Both the position numbers and the translations under genes were made by a program. From positions 4,225 through 68,224 of the forward strand of contig CBDAFF010000083.1 in NCBI GenBank assembly GCA_965195195.1: a stretch of DNA of 64,000 nt, written 5' to 3'. Below are positions 48,191 through 57,364 of the stretch, in pieces (the stretch's first letter is position 1; the number at the start of each line of letters is the position of its first letter). The notes beneath the pieces are model-generated. The model ran no database searches, was not told where the DNA came from, and worked only from the letters and a program-made list of their open reading frames with translations. This DNA comes from an uncultured Anaerolineales bacterium. GTDB lineage: Bacteria; Chloroflexota; Anaerolineae; Anaerolineales; E44-bin32.

Positions 48191-50150
48191 CTAAGCTGTC
48201 AGCTCGTAACGGTAGAGAGACGATGAAGGTTGTTCCGATGCCGACCTCGCTCTCTACGTCGATGCGACCTCTGTGGCGCGAAACGATGCCGTAGCTCACG
48301 GAGAGGCCTAAACCCGTTCCCTCTCCCTCGGGTTTCGTGGTAAAGAAAGGATCGAAAATTCTAACGACGTTCTCTTCAGGAATCCCCACCCCGCTATCGC
48401 GCATAGTTATAACGAGATTATCATTATCTTCTTTCAACGATACGTCCAGCGTGCCTCCATCATGCATCGCTTGGACGGCATTCGTCACGAGGTTGATAAG
48501 CACCTGTTCGATTTGCTGCGGGTCATAAGTCGCCATGACCGAAGTCAGAGGTAGGTCTTGTACAAGCGTGACGTTTCCTTTTCGCACGAGATATTCGGTC
48601 AGGCGGAAAACCGACTCCAGCGTAGCGCGCATATCACGAGTCTGCATTTCAGGCGTTGATTGCCGGGCGAACTTGAGCAAGTCGGTGACGATCGTGTTCG
48701 CCTTGGATGCACTGTCACGAATGGTCTCAAGGCCATCTACAGCAAACTCATCCAGGTCACCTTCTTCGGACAACTCTTCGGCTAAGCCTTTAATAACTGC
48801 CAGCGGGTTCTTGACGTCATGAACAATGCCCGCTGTCAACTGCCCGACGGAAGCGAGCTTCTCAGACTGGATCAGCTGCGCCTGTGTCGCCTGCAGTCGG
48901 GCGTTCATCTCCTCCAACTCCTTCGCCCTTTGAATGGCTTCTTTATATAGGCGTGCAGCTTCCTCGGTACGCTCCCGCAATCGCAAAGTCATGATGTCGA
49001 ATGCATTCGCCAATTCGCCGATCTCATCCCTCCGCACTAACCCACTACTGCGCTCAAGATCCCCCCCCGCGACTGCCTGTGACATTGAGCGCAGTTGGAG
49101 GATCGGACGAGCGACGTGCTGCGCGAGCAGATAGCCGAGTACGATTACCGCTCCAGTACCGAGTGTGAAGATTAGGCTGAAGGTATTGCGGTTGGTTGAC
49201 AGAGCATTGGCGATATACTCGCTGGAGGTCACAACTCCGATGAAACCAGCTTCGGCGTCGCGGATCACTAATGGGGTGTAGAGGACTTCATAATCGCGCC
49301 CGTAGAGTTCCATCTCTCGATTTAGGGATGTCAAACCCGCATCTCTGAGCGACTCCCCATCAATCTCGAGGATGCCATAACCTCCTTCCGGTTCCACCAG
49401 CGTGGTCGTGACCAATGAACCATCCGGATTCAAGATAAGAATATCGGCGAGAGCCTGCTGTCTTAACTCATCCAGAAGAATACCGATTTTTGTCCCAATC
49501 AAGAGTGCCCCGACGAGTTTTTCGTCGGCATCCCTAACCGGTGCAATGGTGAAGATGAACTTCCCCAAGTGAGTATCCAGGATACCCGCAAACTTATCCC
49601 CAATCTCATCATACTGTCCAGAGAGAACGTCTTGAACCCATACGAAGGATGAATAATCATCCCCTGTATAGAATTCTGTGCTGCCAGCCTCGGGATCATA
49701 GGTTAAGGTGATAATCCCCTTCCCCTGATCATCAATTGCGGCAATCACATTAATATTGTTATTTATTGCCAGCCCCTCAAACGTCGCTTGGAGACTCTCA
49801 CGGTCCCGTTTCTCAATTGCCTCCGATACGCCTGCCATGTAAGTGAGCAGGCGCAGGTCTTCCAAGTGCTTTTTCTCTTTGCGAACAATTCCATCCGCCG
49901 TCACTCGGCTAGCTTCAACCATTTGATTTCCAAAACGCTCTTCAAAAGAACCCGAAACGAGGCGAGTGATAATAAACACGCCAACCATTGCAACGACGAG
50001 AGTTAACAAGGCATAGGGAACGATGAGCTTGGCGCGCAGGCTCGAGAAGATGGGGATGCGGGCAATAACGCTCTCAAAGAAGTTGTTCATCCGTTTGAGG
50101 ACGTCCTTTGGAGCTTTCTCTCTAAACCAGGCTCTAATATCCATAAGCAT
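48141..50150 (-). CDS. Membrane sensor histidine kinase (extracytoplasmic sensor, HAMP, HisKA, HATPase)
   Basis: Two TM segments flank a loop of about 270 aa. HAMP ([18 protein letters not shown]), H-box ([10 protein letters not shown]) and HATPase (DSGVGI...GTGLGL) are all present. Confidence 0.9.
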   Translation of the reverse strand: MLMDIRAWFREKAPKDVLKRMNNFFESVIARIPIFSSLRAKLIVPYALLTLVVAMVGVFIITRLVSGSFEERFGNQMVEASRVTADGIVRKEKKHLEDLRLLTYMAGVSEAIEKRDRESLQATFEGLAINNNINVIAAIDDQGKGIITLTYDPEAGSTEFYTGDDYSSFVWVQDVLSGQYDEIGDKFAGILDTHLGKFIFTIAPVRDADEKLVGALLIGTKIGILLDELRQQALADILILNPDGSLVTTTLVEPEGGYGILEIDGESLRDAGLTSLNREMELYGRDYEVLYTPLVIRDAEAGFIGVVTSSEYIANALSTNRNTFSLIFTLGTGAVIVLGYLLAQHVARPILQLRSMSQAVAGGDLERSSGLVRRDEIGELANAFDIMTLRLRERTEEAARLYKEAIQRAKELEEMNARLQATQAQLIQSEKLASVGQLTAGIVHDVKNPLAVIKGLAEELSEEGDLDEFAVDGLETIRDSASKANTIVTDLLKFARQSTPEMQTRDMRATLESVFRLTEYLVRKGNVTLVQDLPLTSVMATYDPQQIEQVLINLVTNAVQAMHDGGTLDVSLKEDNDNLVITMRDSGVGIPEENVVRIFDPFFTTKPEGEGTGLGLSVSYGIVSRHRGRIDVESEVGIGTTFIVSLPLRADSLDEQPMEVEKNVASSSR

Positions 50151-50313
50151 TCTAACGATCAGATCCGACCCTCGTTCTTACTGCTGTACGGAGTCTCAAT
50201 TTGGTGCTTCAATGGTGGAATGCTCAAAGCGATGCCTTCGCGACCGGAAAGTTTCTCGCTTCCAGGGAATGGGTTCTCTAAACCAAAATCACGATCAACA
50301 GAGGACATAGCAC

Positions 50314-51261
50314 TCACTCCACAGGACCTTGGGCCTCAGCCGCGAGAACATGGAGCCTCTCGCCCTCAGAGCGCTTGGCGAGATACATCGCCTCATCGGC
50401 TGCATGGACGAAGTCTTTCGATGTGTCAAATCCTGAGTGCCACTGCACGACTCCCATGCTTACAGAGAGCTTCCCTGACTCAAACTCTACGTTCAATATA
50501 GCCTCACGAATGCGTTTCGCGACTGCAGCCGCTTCCTCACGGTCCGCCTCCGGGAGAAGAACAATGAACTCATCACCTCCAAATCGCGTACCCAGGTCAA
50601 CTTTTCGAATCGAATGCTGGATGGATCGCGCTACAAGCTTCAGCGCTTCATCCCCGGCTGCATGGCCGTAGCTGTCATTGATGGCCTTGAGCTTATCCAT
50701 ATCGATCATGATGATGGACAGCGGCCGGCTGTATCGTTTCGCTCGTTCTAATTCCGTATCTAAGTTATCCTGCAACTTGTGGCGATTGTATAAACCAGTG
50801 AGCGAATCAGTCACCGCCAGACGCTGGATTTCCTCGAAGAGGCGCTTGTTTTCCTTCACCAGATACCTGCGTTCAAGCGCACGAGATAAGGCGAGTTCAA
50901 AACTGGTCATCGACTCCAGAGGTTTGGTGAGGTAGTCGTATACGCCTGCCCGCAGCGCCTCTACGGCGGTCTCGACGGAGGCGCTTCCCGTGAGAATGAG
51001 CGCTTGAACATCCGGATCAATCTTACGCGCAGCATCGATCACTTCCAAGCCGGTATGCTCAGGCATGTATAAATCGAGTACAAGCGCGTCGAATTCACGC
51101 TCGTTCACCGCATCCATCGCCTGTTGACCATTCGCTGCCTGGTAGACCTCGAGACCCATGCGGGAGGCGCGGCGAGAGAGGAGCCGCCGATAATCTGGAT
51201 CATCCTCAGCGATTAATATCGTTCCAACCTGCATGCTGCCTTTCTTTTTATCTTCAGTCAA
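50314..51261 (-). CDS. Response regulator with a GGDEF diguanylate cyclase output (PleD/WspR-like)
   Basis: Receiver (ILIAEDDPD...LVLDLYMPEHTG...TKPL). The GGDEF active site is intact (RFGGDEF), with an RxxD I-site (RKVD) five residues upstream. Confidence 0.9.
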   Translation of the reverse strand: MTEDKKKGSMQVGTILIAEDDPDYRRLLSRRASRMGLEVYQAANGQQAMDAVNEREFDALVLDLYMPEHTGLEVIDAARKIDPDVQALILTGSASVETAVEALRAGVYDYLTKPLESMTSFELALSRALERRYLVKENKRLFEEIQRLAVTDSLTGLYNRHKLQDNLDTELERAKRYSRPLSIIMIDMDKLKAINDSYGHAAGDEALKLVARSIQHSIRKVDLGTRFGGDEFIVLLPEADREEAAAVAKRIREAILNVEFESGKLSVSMGVVQWHSGFDTSKDFVHAADEAMYLAKRSEGERLHVLAAEAQGPVE

Positions 51262-51617
51262 GACATATCCTCCATGTGGGCTTCTCTAAAACGGAAAACC
51301 TAATGCCACATGCGGTACAAGCGTTACTTTTCACCCACATCTTACCTGAATTAGCGGGTAAAAAACCTTGCAACCGACCTACATCTAAACAGCAGCCCTT
51401 TGAGAAGGATTCATCATGCAAAAGCTCATATTTCTGCTGAAATTCCTTCTTGTAAATCGTGAACCCGTTTAAACACAAACTAAGCCAACCTCCGTCCCGA
51501 AAAAAAACGAGGTTGCCCCCTGCTCCGATAACCATCTACCGGACTGATTTCATACACTGTGTACTATGAGGATTTTATGTCATGTTGAAGTGCAAAGCAA
51601 GTATGGTTATACGAAAC

Positions 51618-51645
51618 AAGAACCCCACATCACTGCGGGGTTCTT
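51618..51645 (-). terminator. Candidate terminator downstream of the 764-aa TadE-like gene
   Basis: GAACCCC...GGGGTTC stem followed by TTGTTTCGT on the minus strand, about 30 nt after the stop codon. Confidence 0.55.
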
Positions 51646-51676
51646 CAATGGGCTATCTGCTTAATTATTCTCTCGC

Positions 51677-53971
51677 CTAACCGAAATCTGGTGGTGTACT
51701 CGTCACTGTCGGGGTGGGCGTCACCGTCGGCGTGCTTGTAAATGGCGGCGGCGTAAATGTTTTTGTGGGCGTTGGCGTAGCCGTCCAGATAGGTGTCCGC
51801 GTTGGCGTTGGCGGTGGCTCCGCCCAGTAGCTACCTACCACCTGACAGGTACCCCACCCCGGGAAATTAAACGTTAAGGTGCCGCGGTAGAAACCGTTGA
51901 AGGGCTGTCCATTCAAGTCGAAGTACGTATCCCACCAGCGATCCGCACCCGTCGAGAGAGGGATCGAAGGCGCTGCCGCAGAGACAGGAGAGCTGAACGA
52001 AGATCCGCCGTAGGAGGTGCCCTGGAACTTGAAATAGTCGAAGTTCATCGGCGGCGCATAAGTTGTGTTCCATTGCAGAGTTGAGCTCGTCAGGTACGCT
52101 GTCTGTGGGTTGTGGTTGATCAGGCGAATGCCGAAGGTATTATTCTTCAACCGGGTGCCGATGTTTTGCAGTAGATTGCAGTTCGGCGTCGGAGTAGGCG
52201 TAATCGTTGGCGTGTTCGTTACTGTCGGGGTGTTGGACGGTGTGGGCGTGATCGTCGGTGTGAGCGTAATCGTCGATGTGGGTGTAATCGTCGGCGTGAG
52301 CGTCGCCGTTCCCGTCGCCGTAGGAGAGGGCGTCGGTGTAATTGTTGGGAAGGTGATCGGCGCGGCCCCGCTAGATAGATTGCACGCGGGGTCGCTGAAC
52401 TGGATCGTGAAGCCAAAGTGGCTTGAATTGAGATTCAGCGGCGAAGAGGAAAAGTAGCCCTCAAAGCCGCCGTTGAAATTCATATAGATGTAGGTCGAGT
52501 TCGGCCCCAATGCCACTGGTTTCGGCAAGCCTGTATTTGCCGATGTTGAAGAGCTGTAGTCGTTCCCATTATGGACTTTTGATGTATACCAATACATCCA
52601 GTCGAGGTATTCATTCCAACCATATTGATTTGAAGCCTGCTCGACTGGATTCCAATTGGCCGTCACACCTACGACCTCCAGCCCTGGATAGCTGGTGTTG
52701 TTGATCCATTGGGCGACGCGAGCGTCACTGAAGAAGCGAAACTGGCCAAAGCTCACACCCTCGCAAGAAGGTGTCGGCGTCAAAGTTGGTGTCGGTGTCA
52801 ACGTTGGTGTCGGTGTCGGTGGGACGCCGATTTCAAACACCACATCAGCCCAATTACTCCAAATCCCTTCATCGTCGAGCGCTCTCGCCAAGAGTTTATG
52901 CTGACCCGACTCTATCGGTTGCCCGTTGGGCCATTTAGCACTTACCACAGGGTGACCATTGCAAGGAGCATTACCGCCAAATGCGCAGTAATCCGTTGTG
53001 TAATCCACCTCGGTATAGCGCCAAGCCCAGCCAGCACCATCCCACCAGAAGAACTGGAAATCCACTTGCATGATCCCGTCCCCATCAGGTCCAACACCCG
53101 CGCATGTCGCCGTGTCGGAGTTATCCGGGTCATACGCCTGTGCATAAGCGGGAATCTTTGAGCCCGGACCGCTGAATATATCACCTGGCGATGGTCGTAG
53201 TATGGTAATCAACGGCGGTACCTTGCAGGGTGTCTCCGTCGGCGTCGGTGTGTGCGTTGGGGGAGGGGTCATCGTAGGAGTTGCCGTTGACGTAGGGGTC
53301 GCGGTGTTTGTTGGCGTGAACGTCGGTACCGAAATCGTCGCCGGCAAGCCAACAACACGGGCAACTCGGTACTGTTCAACGATGCCTTCGCGCTTAGCAG
53401 TAAGCCGGATTTTCGGCATCCATGAGCTTATGATTGGGCTTATGATCGGATGATCGAAATCCAGCGTAACCGAAACCCGATTGCCCGAACCGCCCGCATC
53501 TTCAGTCAGCTGACAATCTGCCGATATACTGGCAGATGAATCCGAGGGGAAATAGACAATATCCTTTTTATTCGAACAGACTGTAATCTTTAAATAACCC
53601 GGCGCACCGGGAGGTGCAGAGAGGTCCCGCAGAATACCCGCTGATCCAGATAAGGCATTGTCTTTAATCGAAGGGATGCGAGCGCCATCCTCCTCCGTTT
53701 TTGAATCGCAGATCCCCCCGGGGTACCCGGCACAATAAGTCTGTTCATATTCACCTGTGACGGCGTAGCGAACACCAAAGCGAGCGCCATTCTCGATCGA
53801 GACCCAGGCGTGCAGCAATCGGGCGATCTCGATGATCGCGAAGAGAAGCAGGAGCATGACAGGCAAAATGAGTGTAAACTCGACAAGTGCCTGTCCTTTG
53901 AATTTCGAGTGTCCTTTTTCTTTCATAATTTTTTCGCCCCGCACATCCAAGTTAATCAAACAACCCGACAT
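51677..53971 (-). CDS. Giant TadE-like pseudopilin fusion, paralog A (764 aa)
   Basis: N-terminus KFKGQALVEFTLILPVMLLLLFAIIEIARLLHAW is a TadE-type prepilin-like leader and helix. Three Cys-bounded beta-rich modules follow, separated by Pro/Thr linkers. The protein ends ...TSTPPDFG. A more likely start is the ATG at 53926 (MKEKGHSKFKGQ...). Confidence 0.8.
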   Translation of the reverse strand: MSGCLINLDVRGEKIMKEKGHSKFKGQALVEFTLILPVMLLLLFAIIEIARLLHAWVSIENGARFGVRYAVTGEYEQTYCAGYPGGICDSKTEEDGARIPSIKDNALSGSAGILRDLSAPPGAPGYLKITVCSNKKDIVYFPSDSSASISADCQLTEDAGGSGNRVSVTLDFDHPIISPIISSWMPKIRLTAKREGIVEQYRVARVVGLPATISVPTFTPTNTATPTSTATPTMTPPPTHTPTPTETPCKVPPLITILRPSPGDIFSGPGSKIPAYAQAYDPDNSDTATCAGVGPDGDGIMQVDFQFFWWDGAGWAWRYTEVDYTTDYCAFGGNAPCNGHPVVSAKWPNGQPIESGQHKLLARALDDEGIWSNWADVVFEIGVPPTPTPTLTPTPTLTPTPSCEGVSFGQFRFFSDARVAQWINNTSYPGLEVVGVTANWNPVEQASNQYGWNEYLDWMYWYTSKVHNGNDYSSSTSANTGLPKPVALGPNSTYIYMNFNGGFEGYFSSSPLNLNSSHFGFTIQFSDPACNLSSGAAPITFPTITPTPSPTATGTATLTPTITPTSTITLTPTITPTPSNTPTVTNTPTITPTPTPNCNLLQNIGTRLKNNTFGIRLINHNPQTAYLTSSTLQWNTTYAPPMNFDYFKFQGTSYGGSSFSSPVSAAAPSIPLSTGADRWWDTYFDLNGQPFNGFYRGTLTFNFPGWGTCQVVGSYWAEPPPTPTRTPIWTATPTPTKTFTPPPFTSTPTVTPTPTVTSTPPDFG

Positions 53972-54136
53972 TAATCGTCGTTCGTCACCTGTTCCAAGTT
54001 TACACGCGGGAGTCTTAATTCGTCCTTACAACCAACTTACGGCTTCGGTAGCGGGAGATTGGGGAGTCTGTCTAAAGAAAGAAATCCCGGTGGCGATACG
54101 GAAAGCATTGTTCAGTCATGGGGAAATATGAGGAGT

Positions 54137-54265
54137 TGTCATTCTGAGAGACCGCAGGGAGCGAAGATTCTCGTTCCAGGCCAGGAGACCCATCAATTCT
54201 AAGAACGAGATGCTTCACTTCGTTCAGCATGACAAGTTCCTGCATGCTGTCATTTCGAGAAGAGA
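54137..54265. repeat. Intergenic modular repeat, copy B (shorter and inverted)
   Basis: GTCATTCTGAGAGACCGCAGGGAGCGAAGATTCTCGTTCCAGGCCAGGAGACCCATCA is the reverse complement of 62639..62697. It is followed by CATGCTGTCATTTCGAGAAGAGAATC. Confidence 0.65.
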
Positions 54266-54281
54266 ATCAAGCGCTAAGGGC

Positions 54282-54959
54282 TTACGTCTCCAGGCGGTAG
54301 CCGTAGCCCCGGACGGTGACCAGCCGCGTCGGATTCTCCGGGTCTGGTTCGATCTTCCGGCGTAGAAGCCAGATATAGCGTCGCAGCGCGCTGCCGCTCT
54401 TAACTCGCATCTCCCCCCAAACATCTGCTATCAGATCATCCTGCGAAACAGCTTCTCCAGAACGACGAGCGAGCGCGGCGAGAAGTCGAAATTCTGTTGG
54501 AGTGAGGTCGAGCACTCGATCCTCTATGCACGCCTCGCGTTTTAGCATATCCACTGCAATCACACCAGCGAAGAGGACATCATCCTCGCTGTCCGACTGT
54601 GTTCGAGCGAGCACAGCTTGAATGCGGGCAACGAGCTCGGCCATGCTGAATGGCTTAGTGATGTAGTCGTCAACGCCAAGACGGAAGCCGCGCAGCTTGT
54701 CTGCTTCCGCGGTCTTGGCCGTGAGTAGAATTACAGGCACATCGGCCAATTCCTTGAGGCGGGCGCAAACCTCCCAGCCGTCCATCCCGGGCATCATGAC
54801 ATCCAGAAGCACAATCGCCGGACGCTCCTTGTAGAATTGGCGCAGCGCCTTCTGCCCACGGTCTGCGATCGAAACCTGGAAACCCTCTTTCTCTAAGTAT
54901 TCAGAGACAAAGCGTAGCAGAGTTTTATCATCATCGACGACAAGCACTTTATTCGTCAT
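54282..54959 (-). CDS. OmpR/PhoB-family response regulator
   Basis: Receiver (VLVVDDDK...LLDVMMPGMDG...TKPF) plus a winged-helix domain (LTPTEFRLLAALA...VRGYGYRL). Confidence 0.9.
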   Translation of the reverse strand: MTNKVLVVDDDKTLLRFVSEYLEKEGFQVSIADRGQKALRQFYKERPAIVLLDVMMPGMDGWEVCARLKELADVPVILLTAKTAEADKLRGFRLGVDDYITKPFSMAELVARIQAVLARTQSDSEDDVLFAGVIAVDMLKREACIEDRVLDLTPTEFRLLAALARRSGEAVSQDDLIADVWGEMRVKSGSALRRYIWLLRRKIEPDPENPTRLVTVRGYGYRLET

Positions 54960-55103
54960 GGCAAACCTCGGTAAATAATCCTTTCACCAACTATGGATTC
55001 CCGATTATCGGATTGCTTCCATAGATTGAAAAACTTAAGGCTCTCTCAGTGATCCTCAATCGATGAACCTAACCAGGAAACAAGGAAACCTTCCCCCACT
55101 CAC

Positions 55104-57275
55104 TTACTTTATCGGCAGCCAAAATTCAAGGCACGTTCCCGCCATCGCTTTTTCATCCACTCGAATTCCGCCTCCCATAGCTTCCAGTAATCGTGACACC
55201 ATGGGTAAACCCAATCCGTGGCCATAGACCTCACGTGCATCGCTTGCATCTAATCGATGGAACAGCTCGAAGACATGCTCGCGCTGGTCCGCGGGGATTC
55301 CCGGACCCGAATCGACAACTGTAATAACAACCCTCTCCGATTCCTCATGAGCTTCGATGATGATGTCACCAGATGGTGCATACTTCACCGCGTTGTCCAG
55401 CAAATGGAAGAAGACGCTATCGAGTGCGCGCACATCCGCGATCGCCAGGACCAGGTCCTCCCCGATTTTCGTTTTTACTCGAGATTTGACGGTGCGGGCG
55501 GGAAAGCGTGCAATCGTCCTCTCAAGGACCTCGGCAATCGAGAGCGGCGAGAGCGTTAGCTGAAATCTCCCGGCTTCTAATGCCGATAAATCCAGGATAG
55601 TCTCAACAAATAGAGAAAGGCGCTCTGTCTCGTCTTGAACGAGCTGCAGAGATTGACTCGACTTCTTCCCAAGTTTTGAACGGTTCTTGAGGACGAGCTC
55701 TATCCCACCGCGTATGTTCGTCAGCGGCGCCCTCAGTTCATGTGATACGAGGGCTACGAATTCCGATTTGAGGTTGTCGAGCGTTTTTAACTCCTCATTT
55801 AACCTCTCGAGATCTGCGACTGTGTCCTCTAATTCTCGGGTTCTCCCCTCGACCTTCTCCTCCAGTTCAGCGTTCAATCTGGCAAGGTCGTTGCGGGCCT
55901 GAGCAATTTGCTCCATAGCATTTCGCAGGTCGGTCTCACGCTCGCGGATCATCGTCAGATCGTAAGCGGTACCCGCCAGCAAGGCACTCTGGCCGCGGGC
56001 AGCCTCTATCGGGTTGAGTGAAAGTTGCACCGGAAGCCTCGAGCCACCCTCTCCAACGATCACAACCTCCCCGCTCCAACCCCCATCGAGAGCACTATCG
56101 AGGAGCGTATCAAACGACGCCGGCTCGTCGCCTTCGATTTGGAAGAATAAATTCACATTCTGAGCTTTTTCGTCGCCTATCGCCCTTCGCAGTGCTGGAT
56201 TAGAGAGCTGTATTTCACCCGCCGGAGTGCAAATGAAAGCCAGGTCAGAGGTCGCATTGATGAGCGCCGCGAACTGCACCATCTCCTGCTGACCGGTAAT
56301 TACGCCCTGGCGGGCGAACAGAAGCAGGATCAGGATCCCTGCCGCGACGATACTTACCCAATCCAGAGCATCTGTATACCACCAATCAAAAAGGATGTAG
56401 CCAACAACGGCATAAGTGAAGGCTATAGGCAAAAGCAGTTCTATCCGCAGCCGCCACTCCCTCCGCCCGGATTCCTCTTGACGGTGGTCTGCATACCGGC
56501 CTTGTAAGATCTGATAAGCAATGCCAATAAGCACCATTCCCACCATCCAACCCGCCTCGACAAAGCTCGGCATCCCAACCCGCGCCTCGCCGCGCAGCAG
56601 ACCATTTCCTAAATCGCTTACAAAAAATACTATAAAAGCTATCGCCAAGAGCGGAAAGACCCAGCGCTCCTGGGGATGCCTACGAAGTAGATTTAATCTC
56701 AAAACAAGAACGAGCAGTATAAGGTCTAAAGTGGGAAGAACACTCAACCAAAAAGCATCCCCTAGAGAGAGCGTTCGTGCGCGGAATGTGGAGCCCAAGA
56801 AGATGAGCCAGGAGATCGTTAAGACGGAGAGGATCAAGATGGCGAGATCAAGCGTTTCCCGCAAACGCCCGAAGCGCCCCGGCTGCTCGGTAGGATAGGT
56901 GATAAATGCTGTAAGTGCAGCAAGATAACCCGCCAGTATTAATAACTCGCGAAAAGTCGGCGGGGATAGGGGTTGACCGCGTAAAAGCCATAGTAGGACG
57001 GCAAGCACATCCGCGGCAGCCCAAATCAGCAGTGCGACGGCGAGCAGCCGCCAGGAGCGCTGCTCGGATTTCAAACGGATGCCAGGAAGCGTCTTAACCA
57101 CAGCCCAGGCGACAATCAGCCTGACGCCTAAAACCAGAAACGCAGGAAACAAGCTGCCTTCCATCGTCTCTGGCGCTCGCGCTATCCAGAGGACGTAAGA
57201 TGCTGTAACCAGGGCCACAAAAACCGGCCAATGCCGACTGTATAGCTCGGAGAGATGTGAATTCTCGTTCATCAA
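55104..57275 (-). CDS. Sensor histidine kinase with a multi-TM N-terminal sensor, a PAS domain and a coiled coil
   Basis: About 8 TM helices, a PAS-like region, H-box VSHELRAPLTNI and HATPase DSGPGI...GHGLGL. Confidence 0.9.
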   Translation of the reverse strand: MMNENSHLSELYSRHWPVFVALVTASYVLWIARAPETMEGSLFPAFLVLGVRLIVAWAVVKTLPGIRLKSEQRSWRLLAVALLIWAAADVLAVLLWLLRGQPLSPPTFRELLILAGYLAALTAFITYPTEQPGRFGRLRETLDLAILILSVLTISWLIFLGSTFRARTLSLGDAFWLSVLPTLDLILLVLVLRLNLLRRHPQERWVFPLLAIAFIVFFVSDLGNGLLRGEARVGMPSFVEAGWMVGMVLIGIAYQILQGRYADHRQEESGRREWRLRIELLLPIAFTYAVVGYILFDWWYTDALDWVSIVAAGILILLLFARQGVITGQQEMVQFAALINATSDLAFICTPAGEIQLSNPALRRAIGDEKAQNVNLFFQIEGDEPASFDTLLDSALDGGWSGEVVIVGEGGSRLPVQLSLNPIEAARGQSALLAGTAYDLTMIRERETDLRNAMEQIAQARNDLARLNAELEEKVEGRTRELEDTVADLERLNEELKTLDNLKSEFVALVSHELRAPLTNIRGGIELVLKNRSKLGKKSSQSLQLVQDETERLSLFVETILDLSALEAGRFQLTLSPLSIAEVLERTIARFPARTVKSRVKTKIGEDLVLAIADVRALDSVFFHLLDNAVKYAPSGDIIIEAHEESERVVITVVDSGPGIPADQREHVFELFHRLDASDAREVYGHGLGLPMVSRLLEAMGGGIRVDEKAMAGTCLEFWLPIK

Positions 57276-57364
57276 GGCGATTGTATGTCAGCTAAATCAG
57301 GGGGGCAAGAACAGAAATAGTATCGGCCCCGCTTGTTAGCAGGGCCGATATTCATTATTGGTCG

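Noticed and set aside
51254-51535. 93-aa ORF in the 415-nt spacer upstream of the GGDEF gene.
   Set aside because: It overlaps the GGDEF start, and I could recognise no ribosome-binding site or motif. The spacer is more plausibly the promoter region of the signalling operon. I did not find a convincing -35/-10 pair there, so none is reported.
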